From contig CM119265.1 of assembly GCA_051294375.1 (NCBI GenBank), positions 15,228,963-15,292,962 of the forward strand: 64,000 nt of DNA. Direction: 5' to 3'. Under the pieces are notes generated by a model. It searched no databases. It saw nothing but the letters and a program-made list of their open reading frames with translations, and was not told where the DNA came from. Below, in pieces: positions 1-11,762 of the stretch (position 1 is its first letter; each line of letters starts with the position of its first letter). Made by a program: the position numbers and the translations under genes. The DNA is from Paraspadella gotoi (taxonomy: Eukaryota; Animalia; Chaetognatha).

Positions 1-2908
1 TGGATATTATTGGAAGCTTTTGTCGTTTCTTTGTCTGTGGTTTTTGTAAACCTTCCCGCAACCATAAATCGTGATGGGGTTTTGGAGAGACACAAAGCTT
101 GAACAGTTTTTTTTAAAACGATTTTTCGCTCTTACCAGGGGTAACGGTTTAGACCTCTGAATGCCGATGGGGGGTTAGGATTAGGGCGGGGCGCATCCAC
201 GGCTTAGCACGTTAAAGTCCTGGTTCAAGGACCGACTAACGCTCAATTGAAGGCGGCGCCTCAATCGAAGTTCTTCTGGCATCCAACAAACGATTCTTGC
301 ATCACTTGTCTTTTTCGATAAACAAGAAACTTTTCTTTTTAATTCTTTTCCTACCAAATTTCAGTTGTCTTCTTTTCTAGCCGTACGTTCGTCGTCTCGT
401 CGTCGTCGTCTTCGTCGTCGTCGTCCGTCGTCGTCGTCGTCAACGTCCCCGTTCTTCTCCTTCCACTGCGTCACGTTCTTTCTCTGTCGTCGCCTTCGTC
501 GTTCCCGTCGGCGTCTTGTTTACAAAAATAAATCAGGTTTGTTGAAGGATTTGATGAAAAAACTTGGTGACTGTGTTTTTGGAGGCCTCCTTGCCTTTTC
601 CTTTCCTCTCCTCCTTCCTCTTCCACCTCCTCCTCCTACTTCTCTGGAAGGCGTCGGATGGTTGAGCCACTTTACTCGAGAGCTTATCAACATCACGGTC
701 CAACTTCTCCACCGCCGGGGCTGGGCCGTTTCTTGAATGGAGGGTGGCAAGGAAGAAATGGGGTTAGCGCGTTTCTTGATAGGGCAATTCTTACATGAGG
801 GCATACCGTTTTCTTTATGTTCGATAAGGGTTTTTAAATGAGTTTTGTCGAGTGGAGGAGTTTTAAGGAGTTGATTCCAGGTTCTGGGGTTCCGGGGCAA
901 GGCTGGTTGTTTGATTTTATGGTCTTTTGAAGGATTTTTGGCGCGTATGACCCATCGTGATGCGGGCCTTTGATTGTGGTTGTTCGCCTTTTAATAGGAG
1001 ATACTATGGGTGATTTGGTAGTGACTGAAAAGGGCTATTGGCGGGGTAGGCGGCCGCGGTTTTGGTTCGTCTGTCGGATCTGCAAGACGGTAAAAAGTCG
1101 GCGAGAAAGGGAAATGAGTGGCGACGGGCGACGTGTCTGTTGAACGAGGTTCAGACTTTGATTTTCTCAAAAAACCAACGTTTCCCTCTTTTCTCTTTGT
1201 TTGGCGCTTCGAAACTCATTTGCCTCTTTGCCTCTTTTGGTCTCCTTGATTGTGGCCTCCGAGGGTTCTTTGTCTTTCTCCCTAGTTGCGGATCTTTTGT
1301 CCAGTTGCGTGACTTTGAAGTTTTTTTAAAGTTTTATTTTCCTCGTATTCTAACCAATAATAAGATCAATATTATCTATCATTTGGTATTCTGATACCGA
1401 AACAAAAAGATAATAGTGATAATATTATTTCCACAGCCTCTTTTCGTTAAAAACTCGATAAAAACGTAGTATGTAGGGTTTTTTTAAGTATTTTTTAAAT
1501 AATTTGATATTCGATCTAAACTAAAGTTGACCAAGCGGTTCCGGTTGCCAGTTGATACGTGGCGAGCCTCTCAACCCCAAGGAGGACCCTCCCCTCAATT
1601 TTTTTCTATTGACAAAACCAAATGACAACTAGAAATAAATAATCTATTTTAAAAAAAAGAAAACCCGGATTTTGAATCGAAATTAGCCGCGGCCAACCCT
1701 CATTTTTAAAAAAAAAAACCCGAATCTCTGCGGGCTTTTGGCCGCGGGGCCAACTGTGCGATGCGGGTCGGCGTCTCAAAAGAAAAGTAATTTTTTTGGA
1801 AAGCGAATTTGGAAGAGCTTTGAGGTTTGAAGGGTTTGGAGCGGTGAGATTCCGAGAATTGTAAGGGGTGCAGAGGGAGCTGGCCGAGTTTCCTTTCCCC
1901 CCCCACCCAAAAAAAAAAAGGCATGACCCTCGGTTAATCGCGTTGAATTTTCTGTTCACCGAGAAATTTTGAGTCGCATGGACCAAATCCCTCTTCTCGT
2001 TTCCACTCTTTCTTTCTTTCTTTCTTTCTTTTCTTTCTTTTTCTTTCTTCATTCTTTCTTTCTTCTTTCTTTTTCTTTCCTTTTTCTTTCTTTCTTTCTT
2101 TCTTTTCTTTTTTCCTTTATTACTCGGTCCTAGAGTTCCTCCCTTCCTTTCCTGTCCTGTACATATCCGATTTAAAAAAAAAAAATTGCCTCGAGTTGAT
2201 TCATTTAAAAAAAAGGAAAAGGAAAATAAAGAAAACAGGCTTGAAGCTTGGCGCAAAGCATGTCGCCATTGACAGTAAGGTCTTAAGTCGAAGTCGGGCA
2301 CCTTTTCCGTCAGATCTTTCTGCATTTTGAAATGCGCGAATAATCGATTCAGACACGAGTTTTTTTTCTTTTCTTTGTGGCTCAAAAGTGATGAAGTGAG
2401 AGTTTGAGAACACCGCAGGCGAAAAAAGAAGATGCCGACTGAGAGAGATGAAGAGGAGGAGGGCACTGTAAAGCGGGATTGAGGTGATAGTTATATACTT
2501 CTTTGAATTCTCAACCTTTCCGGTGTTAAGTTTTTTATCCGTGAATGGAAGGAGTTTACTAAAATTACGGGAACGGACGCCGTTTGGAAATTTTCTTCCC
2601 CCTGTTTTAGCTTATTTATTTTTTTCGTTACTTCTTTTTTATAAGGGAAAACAATTTCATTTGTTGAAAAAAAAAAATTTTAAAAAAGCTGTAATTAATT
2701 TCAATTATGTATATAATTATATTTACTTAGAATTACCTGTGACAGGTGGTAACGGCAGCCCCCACAAATCGCCAGGGAAAGGCAAAGCCTATTCTCAATC
2801 ACCAAATAATATGATATCAAACGGAAATTAAAACTTCGATTAAAACTCCATTTAATATTTTTTTATTTAAAAATACCTTTCCCTCTCTCTCTCTCTCCTC
2901 TCCTCTTT

Positions 2909-2939
<31 letters not shown>

Positions 2940-3164
2940 TCTTCTCTCTCTCTTCTCTCTCCCTCTCCTCCGTCTCCCCTCCTCTCTGTCTCTCTCTTTC
3001 CTTCCAGCGAATTTCTTTGGTTTTTTCTTAAGTCTTTCCATTCGCTTAATTTAACTCTGAAGAAGAAATTCCGGTTATGACACATTTTCTTCCTCTCGCC
3101 CTCGGTAAAGCGCTCCACTCTCTCCCCATCTACATCCTCTTCTCTCCTCCCCCTCTCTCTCTCC

Positions 3165-3202
<38 letters not shown>

Positions 3203-3667
3203 ATTTTTTCCTTCCTCGTTTCCTCGCCCAAATAAATGACCAAAAACTTAAAATTGTTCCCCCCTCATCTTCGATTCCTCTTTCTCCCTCCCTCGCGTCT
3301 CCATCGACTGTCGCTTTCACTCTTTCCTTTTCTCCTCCCCTCTCATTCTCTTTATTCTTTCAAATTTCTTTTTCCTCCTCGCATCCCCTTCATTTCCTCG
3401 CCCAATTCCGCCTCAGATCCGCGGTCATCGCCGATGCGCGGTATCTTCGTCGAATCCCAGACTGGTCGTATATAATGCGAGAGAGAGATGGAGGAGAGAA
3501 TGAGAGTGTGAGAGAAGAGAGAAGAGAGAGATCACCAGCGCGAGAGAGGAGAGAGAGAAGACTTGAGAGAGAGATACAGATGAGACCTGAGGCAGACGAC
3601 TGGATGAGAGAGAGAGAGAGCGCAGTTACTAGATAGGATTAAGCGACGTGTTAGATGAAGCGAGATA

Positions 3668-3697
3668 TAGATAGATAGATAGATAGATAGATAAGAT

Positions 3698-3728
<31 letters not shown>

Positions 3729-3739
3729 CATAGATAGAT

Positions 3740-3771
<32 letters not shown>

Positions 3772-3772
3772 C
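3668..3772. repeat. (TAGA)n microsatellite
   Basis: Direct reading. Confidence 0.95.
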
Positions 3773-4682
3773 AGGACAGACAGAACATCCGTAAAACGGG
3801 AAGAAATGAATAGCGATATAGGCCTGTGAAAGTGGGCAGCTGAAGTTGGAACGAAGGAGTAAAGAAAATGGAGATGGAATGAGAACTAAAAGTTTTCGCG
3901 AAAAGACGCATGTGGAAGAAAGAAAGAAAGATAGAAAAGAAAGAAAGAAAAATGTAAAATGATGGGAAGAGAAAAGAGACGCTGAGAACGAGAGACTTAT
4001 TAAAACGAAAAAATCTTTATAACGTTCGACGAAAAAAGGAGGAAAAGATATAAGGCTGGAAATTATACGAGAGAAGAAAAGGGGAGAAAGAAACAGAAAA
4101 AAGAAGGAAGCGAAAAATAGTTAAAACAAAGGGAAGCAATATAGAAAAAAAGAGAAGGAAGGGGAAAGGAAAAGAAAGGAAAGCGAAAAGAAAGGAAAGG
4201 AAAGAGAAAGGAAAGAAAAGGAAAGGGATAAGAAAGAAAATTAAAAGAAGATAGAGGAGAGAAAAGAAAAGAAAAAAAGGAAACTAAAGTAAAGGCCGCC
4301 AACATTTTTTTGGTTTTCTCCGTCCCTGAGAGGTCGCAGAGGCGTTTATCTCTACTTTCCTTTTTTCAACTGACGTTCCACTTTTTCTTCTTTTCTCTTC
4401 TGGTTTTTATTTGTCTCTCTGTTTAAGTTTTGTCGTTATTATTGGATGAAAATTTTCTATTTTTAACTTATTTTCTTTTTTTAATAAATAATCCTTCTAT
4501 GAAAATTTTGGTAACAAGCAAATATTAAAATATATTACTATCTATATTACTTTCGTCCTTTTCTTTTAATTCAACATTTTTTATATTTTAAAATTTTTTA
4601 AAATCTCTCTTTTTTGTCTTTCTCTTTTTCCTCTTTTCCCTTCCACTTTCTGTCTCTCTCCTCTCTCTCTCTCTCTCTCTCT

Positions 4683-4742
<60 letters not shown>

Positions 4743-4881
4743 CTCTTTCCTCCCTCCCTCTCACTCTCTACATTTTCTTTTTTGGGTTTCCCCTCATTTT
4801 TCACGTTTCCACTTTTCCCGCCATTTTTCATGCTTTGGAAAACGGAGAGCGGATAGCAGGAGAGGAGAGAGAGAGAGAACC

Positions 4882-4916
<35 letters not shown>

Positions 4917-6128
4917 CAGGGAGAGAGAGAGAATACACGACGAGATGAGAGACGACAGAGAGAGATGAGAGAGCAGAGAGAGAGAAAGAGCGACGAGAGA
5001 GAGAGACGAGAGAGTTGGCGAAAAACAAAAGAACGCACATCCGAAGTAACGAAAAAGTCTAAAAAAAGAGCGAAGCCTAAAGGTTACTGGATACAAACAA
5101 AAGTAAATCTTTCAAAAAAATTGGCAAAGTTATTATGTTTATTCATTCACACTTTTCGTATTTAAGAAAAAATCCATTACAATTTGATTAATTGGTTTGT
5201 CCATTGGTTTCTGTACGAAACGCTGTTTTGATTTTTTTTTTTTTGAAACATCATCCGTAGCAGAACGCTTTTCATTTTATAACTAATGAAATCCCGGAGC
5301 TTAGCCTCGTTTTCGTGTTTTTTTTGCCAGTAGGGATTTCGACTACCATTTTGGCCGCCATTTTCGACCGCCATTATCGCCGCCATTTTGACCGTTTAAT
5401 TGGCGATTTGGCGATCTTCCGGACCTCGAATTAAATCTGCCAGCCACTCATGCTCTTATATCCTAATTCGGACTAAGCCTTATCCCTTCCCGTAAAGAGC
5501 GAACACACCTCACTCAAGGCGCAATAACCCACGCATCAATCCACCCAACCACCAACCGCCCCAACTCTCCCCCAACAACCGTATTCAGCCTCACAACCAA
5601 CAGAGCTATTGACTCTCGACGCCTCCTTCTTTAGCCCTCTTACTGTCTCCACTTCTCCAGACTTAAGAAATTCCGTTGGCAATGAACCCACAACGTTATT
5701 TTTCTTACTTTTTTTTTTTTTTTAATACATTAATCTTTTATTTGTATTCGTATTTATGAGAGCATTTCTCCTTCGAAATGTAAATCCTTCCTTTTATTTG
5801 ACTTTTTCATTCTTCTCGTTACGATTACCCTATCTTATCCTTTCCTCTCTTCTCTCCCTTCTCTTTCTCTCTCACTTCTCTTTCTATTCCCATTTCCTCT
5901 CCCCTCTTTTCTTTCCTCTCTATTCTTCCCCCTCTCCCGCCTTCTTCTGATGTCTCCACCCCTTTCTTTCTTCCTCTCTATTTCTCTTCCCTCTTCCGCC
6001 TTCCTTTTCAACTCCGCCCTTCTCTCTTCCCTCCCCTTCTTCCCCGCGCTGACAGTTATTTGCCCTTCGCCAAAAAAAAACCTTATTACATCTGCGAATA
6101 GAAAATGTCCATATTTGGATTGGAAGAG

Positions 6129-6204
<76 letters not shown>

Positions 6205-6376
6205 GAGAGGAGGAGAACGATATTGACCCTTTCGTTTTTACGATCATATTCAACGATTTCTTAATGAGCCTTTCATTCTTGATCTCATGAGGAAAATATT
6301 CTGCATCTTGACTTCTCACTCTATTAACGTTTTTTTCCCTTCGCCTTCGAGTCTCTCTCTCTCTCTCTCTCTCTCT

Positions 6377-6414
<38 letters not shown>

Positions 6415-6824
6415 CTCTCTCTCTCTCTCTCTCATCTCACTCATTCTTTTCTCTTTCCTTTTTTCTCGCTTTTTTATCATTTATTAATTCGTCAAATTAC
6501 AGAAAGAAAATATTTTACCTTTACTGTTAAAATGTAACGTACTCTCAAAACTGTTGACTACTTCTTTATCAGGTTCTCATTGATATGGCCCCACACGTTC
6601 TTCAACCGACAGCAGCGCCAGTACCATTTGCATCTAGTCAAAGGTTTTTTATTCTGTTGAGGGGATAATCAAAAGAAAAAAGGAATGAAGTCAATCGGGA
6701 AAAGAAAATCGTCAGCGTTCGTGAACTTTCGGATATCAAGATTTTACTTGAAAATTAAAATTCTAATCACGAAAGCTAAGCTTAATTTTTAAAAATGTAA
6801 ACGCTAGTTGAAAAAAATCAAATT

Positions 6825-8031
6825 TGTGGACGCAACCAAGTTTCAGAGTAAGAATGATTTATTCTTCAACAAACGTTATAAACAATAACAGTCAAAAATG
6901 CTCAGATTGCTAAGTTCTATACAATGGTATTTACAAAGGTCAACGTTTGACCATAAAGGTCAAACCGTTTTTGGACCATAAATAAGTTTGGTGAACTGAG
7001 CGAGGTAAGGGTTGGTAAGGTATGTGGTTTGACCAGTTGCGTGTTCTAGATGGTCGTCCACACCATCCCCCCACAAGCTTTGACGGGTGGGAGAAGCGGC
7101 TTGAAAAGGTTATTGGATTTGGCGTTGTCGTTTCGTCGTCGTCTTCCGCGGCTGAAGCATCGTCGGAAGGGACGTTGATAAGCACCCGGGATTGATGAAG
7201 ATTGTCGACGCAGGCAACTTGCGGCGTCGTGGGAAACGCGAGTGGCTGCCGCTTCCGTCGGAGGCGGGGGCATAGATGGAGCTGCTGAGACGGCGCGGGC
7301 GTACCATGGTGTTTCGCGACTGCGGTGGATCAGGGGAGTGCAACTTCCGTTTTTCCGTGGAACGGATTCTGCCTGAAGCACGCGGGCGACCACGTGGTCG
7401 CGCCTGCGTGGTTCAGGTGGCTGCTACTTCGTCGGTGACGGCAGGTTTCAGTCGATTCAACGGAGAAGATCACTTCGACGCCGCGGCCCGGTATTTCGAT
7501 TTTGAAAGTTTTGGGGACCACGTTCGAGGACGTTTAAGGGCCGTCGTAAGGTGCGTTGGAGCGGCGTCGAATGTCCGTCCGCGTCGGACGTAGACGCGGT
7601 CGGCGTTCAGCGAGCATTTCCGGCACATAGAGAGGCGGCGCCGATTGCCCAAAGCGGCGGGCAGAGTGCTGATGAGAGCAACATCTGCACCGGAGATTTG
7701 TCGAGGATTCCCCCGCGCGGGCGGCGGCGTCGACGTCGGTTGCTTGGGACCGAAGTAGCTCTCCAGGGAGCCGTCAGAGTCTCGCCCAGCGTTAGCTCTT
7801 GCGAGGGAGGCGTCCGAATCTTCTCGCGGGTTGCGCGGAGGCTCAAGAGAGTCCATGGGAAGCTGCCGCCAGCCAGTTATGTCCGGCGGCGTCGCAGCGG
7901 GCGCGCAGGGCTGCCTTTAGCGTCCGATGAAGGGCGCTACGACCATCCCGTTGGATTGGAAATGAGCGAGGTAAGGTTGTAAGGTCAATGCTGTCTGGAC
8001 CAAGGTTGCGTGTTCTAGATGTTCGTTCACA
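6825..8031 (-). mobile_element. Internally deleted Ty3/Gypsy LTR retrotransposon
   Basis: Ends TGT...ACA. Complete 3' LTR at 6825-7062 with 8-bp terminal inverted repeats TGTGGACG/CGTCCACA and AATAAA on the minus strand. Polypurine tract GGGGGGATGG (7063-7072, minus) abuts the 3' LTR. A truncated 5' LTR copy at 7963-8031 matches 6997-7062. Probable 4-bp target duplication ATAT (8032-8035; the left copy reads ATT, one base short). The empty site is seen at 9006-9009. Confidence 0.92.
7440..7962 (-). pseudogene. Gypsy integrase C-terminal half (end of catalytic core plus GPY/F module), frameshifted
   Basis: Frame-hopping translation gives ..QSNGMVERLHRTLKAALRARCDAAGHNWL..LPWTLLSLRAT..ELTLGETL.. 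and ..DRVYVRRDGHSTPLQRPYDGP(Y)NVLERGPKTFKIEIPGRGVEVISVDRLKPA. These match the HPQSNG-VER core motif and the GPY/F motif of Ty3/Gypsy integrases. Confidence 0.9.
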
Positions 8032-8285
8032 ATATCTTATATTTTGGGTTAACAGATAAATTAAAAACGACTTTTCTTTATCCATGGCTAAATATTTTGA
8101 AATATTTCTGTTGTGAAAATTAGTATGTCGTATTTCCTCCCTAAATTATTTTGCAGTTTTAAAATTTTAAATTTTACCAAACCTTAACTTGAAATTCATG
8201 AGAAACGAGCTCGGAGTGACGACAAATATAAAAAAACGACGACGATTGACGACGACGACGACGGACGACGACGACGAACGACGAC

Positions 8286-8318
<33 letters not shown>

Positions 8319-8634
8319 TGAAATTCTCTGGGAGTGGAAGACTCTCCTTGGAGGTGATTGAAAAGGTTGAAAGCGATGACCGTTATCATTAAACTCGGCG
8401 AGTCATTAAACTCGTCGATCTGTCATTAAATTACGGTGGATGATTTTTACGATATTCAATTTTACGAATTTCTTTCTTTAATTCCACGCAAAAGTCGGAA
8501 GCAATTTCTCTCTTCCAAACCATTTTATTTTTTTTGGCGGGGGGGGTGGGAATTTTGATGAGATGCTTTTAATTTTTTTCTTACTATTATTTCTTGGTTT
8601 GCTTTTTTTTGGTAAAATTGAATATCGTAAAAAT

Positions 8635-8688
8635 CATCACCGAATTTAATGACATCGCCGAGTTTAATGACATCGCCGAGTTTAATGA
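8635..8688 (+). repeat. 18-bp tandem repeat x3 (CATCGCCGAGTTTAATGA); mirrored at ~8385-8440
   Basis: Units read directly from the sequence. Confidence 0.85.
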
Positions 8689-8754
8689 TAACGGTCATCG
8701 CTTTCAACTTTTCATCACCTCCAAGGAGAGTCTTCCACTCCCAGAGAAATTTCA

Positions 8755-8799
<45 letters not shown>

Positions 8800-11728
8800 T
8801 CGTCGTCGTTTTTTATATTTGTCGTCACCCAAGCTCGTTCTCATGAATTTCAAGTTAAAGGTTTGTAAAATTTAAAATTTTAAAAACTTCAAAATAATTT
8901 AGGGAGGAAATACGACATACTAATTTTCACAACAGAATATTTTCAAATATTAGCCAATGGATAAAGAAAAGTCGTTTTTATTTATCTGTTAACCCAAAAT
9001 ATAAGATATTTGATTTTATTCAAACTAGCGTTTACATTTTTTAAAAATTAACTTAGCTTTCGTGATTAGATTTTAATTTTCAAGTAAAATCTTGATATCC
9101 GAAGTCACGAAGCTGACGATTTTCTTTTCCCGATTGACTCATTCCTTTTTTCTTTTGATTTCCCCTCAACAGAATAAAAACCTTGACAGATGCAATTGGT
9201 ACTGCGCTGCTGTCGGTATGAGAACGTGTGGGCCTATATCAATGAAACCTGATAAAGAAGTAGTCAACAGTTTGAGAGTACGATTACATTTTACAGTAAA
9301 GTAAATATTTTCTTTCTGTAATTTGACGAATTATAAATGATAAAAAGCGAGAAAAAAGGAAAGAGAAAAGAATGANNNNNNNNNNNNNNNNNNNNNNNNN
9401 NNNNNNNNNNNNNNNNNNNNNNNNNNNNNNNNNNNNNNNNNNNNNNNNNNNNNNNNNNNNNNNNNNNNNNNNNNNNNNNNNNNNNNNNNNNNNNNNNNNN
9501 NNNNNNNNNNNNNNNNNNNNNNNNNNNNNNNNNNNNNNNNNNNNNNNNNNNNNNNNNNNNNNNNNNNNNNNNNNNNNNNNNNNNNNNNNNNNNNNNNNNN
9601 NNNNNNNNNNNNNNNNNNNNNNNNNNNNNNNNNNNNNNNNNNNNNNNNNNNNNNNNNNNNNNNNNNNNNNNNNNNNNNNNNNNNNNNNNNNNNNNNNNNN
9701 NNNNNNNNNNNNNNNNNNNNNNNNNNAGAAAGAAGGCGGGAGAGGGGGGAAGAAATAGAGAGGAAAAGAAAGAGGGGAGAGGAAAATGGGAATAGAAAGA
9801 GAAGGAGAGAGAAAGAGAAGGGAAGAGAAGAGAGGAAAGGAAAGAAAGGAACGGAACGAGAAAGAATGAAAAAGTCAAATAAAAGAAGGATTTACATTTC
9901 GAAGGAGAAATGCTCTCATAAATACGAATACAAATAAAAGATTAATGTATTAAAAAAAAAAAAAAAGAAGAAAAAATAACGTTGTGGGTTCATTGCCAAC
10001 GGAATTTCTTTAGTCTGGAGAGTGGAGACGGGATAAGGGCTAAAGAAGGAGGCGGTCGAGAGGTCAAAGGTTTCTCTGGGTTGTGGAGGCTGAATTTAAC
10101 GGTTGTGGGGGAGAGTTGGGGCGGTTGTGGTGGGTGATTGAGCGTTGGGTTAGCGCCTTGAGTGAGGTGTGTTCGCTCTTACGGGAAGGAAAGGCTTAGT
10201 CCGAATAAGGATAAAGACATGAGGGCCCAGATTTAATTCGAGGCCGAAGATCGCCAAATCGCCAATTTAACGGTCAAAATGGCGGCGATAATGGCGTCGA
10301 AAATGGCGGCCAAAATGGAGTCGAAATCCCTACGGCAAAAAAACACGAAAACGAGGCTAACTCGGGATTTCATTAGTTCATAAATGAAAAGCGTCTGCTA
10401 CGGATGATGTTTAAAAAAAAAATCAAAACAGCGTTTCGTACAGAAACCAAATGGACAACCAATTAATCAAATTTATATTTTTTCTTAAATACGAAAGTGT
10501 GAATGAATAAATAAATAAACTTTGGCCAATTTTTTGAAAGATTTACTTTTGTTTGTATCCAGTAACCTTTAGGCTTCGCTCTTTTTTTAGACTTTTCGTT
10601 ACTTCGATGTGCGTTCTTTGTTTTCNNNNNNNNNNNNNNNNNNNNNNNNNNNNNNNNNNNNNNNNNNNNNNNNNNNNNNNNNNNNNNNNNNNNNNNNNNN
10701 NNNNNNNNNNNNNNNNNNNNNNNNNNNNNNNNNNNNNNNNNNNNNNNNNNNNNNNNNNNNNNNNNNNNNNNNNNNNNNNNNNNNNNNNNNNNNNNNNNNN
10801 NNNNNNNNNNNNNNNNNNNNNNNNNNNNNNNNNNNNNNNNNNNNNNNNNNNNNNNNNNNNNNNNNNNNNNNNNNNNNNNNNNNNNNNNNNNNNNNGAGAG
10901 AGAGAGAGAGAGAGAGAGACAGAAAGTGGAAGGGAAAAGAGGAGAAACAGAGAAAGACAAAAAGAGAGATTTAAAAATTTTAAATATAAAAAATGTTGAT
11001 TAAAAGAAAAGGACGAAAGTAATATAGATAGTAATATATTTTATATTGCTTGTACCAATTTCATAGAAGGATTATTTATTAAAAAGAAAATAAGTTAAAA
11101 ATAGAAAATTTTCATCAATAATAACGACAAAACTTAAACAGAGAGACAAAAATAAAAACCAGAGAGAAAAGAAGAAAAAGTGGACGTCAGTGAAATGGAA
11201 GTAGAGAAAACGCCTCTGCGACCTCTAGGGACGGAGAAACCAAAATGTTGGCGGCCTTTACTTTAGTTTCCTTTTTTTCTTTTCTTTTCTCTCCTCTCTT
11301 TTAATTTTCTTTCTTATCCTTTCCTTTCCTTTCCTTTCCTTTCCTTTCCTTTCCTTTCTTTTCCTTTCCTTTCTTTTCCTTTCCTTCCTTCTCTTTTTTT
11401 CTATATTGCTTCCACTTTGTTTTAACTCTTTTCCTTCCTTTCTTTTTCTTTTCTTTCCCCTTTTCTTCTCTCGTATAATTTCCACCTTAATCTTTTCCTC
11501 CTTTTTTCGTCGAACGTTAATAAAGATTTTTTCGTTTTAATCGTCTCTCGTTCTCCGTCTCTTTCTTCCCTCATTTCATTTTTCTTTCTTTCTTTCTTTC
11601 TTTCTCCCACATCCTCTTTTCGCGAAAACTTTTATTCTCATTCCATCTCCATTTCTTTACTCCTCGTTCCAACTTCAGCTGCCCACTTCACAGGCTTTAT
11701 CGCTTCATTTCTTCCCCGTTTTACGGAA

Positions 11729-11762
<34 letters not shown>

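Larger units (their letters stand above)
1..8465 (+). repeat. Left arm of a giant inverted repeat (runs off the window start)
   Basis: Colinear reverse-complement match to 8612-~15134 throughout. Examples: CATCCAACAAACGATTCTTG (~280) vs CAAGAATCGTTTGTTTGGATG (~14890); AAAGGTTACTGGATACAAAC (~5080) vs GTTTGTATCCAGTAACCTTT (~10551); GATTTTTACGATATTCAATTTTAC (~8442-8465) vs GTAAAATTGAATATCGTAAAAATC (8612). This arm has many extra single bases relative to the other. Confidence 0.95.
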
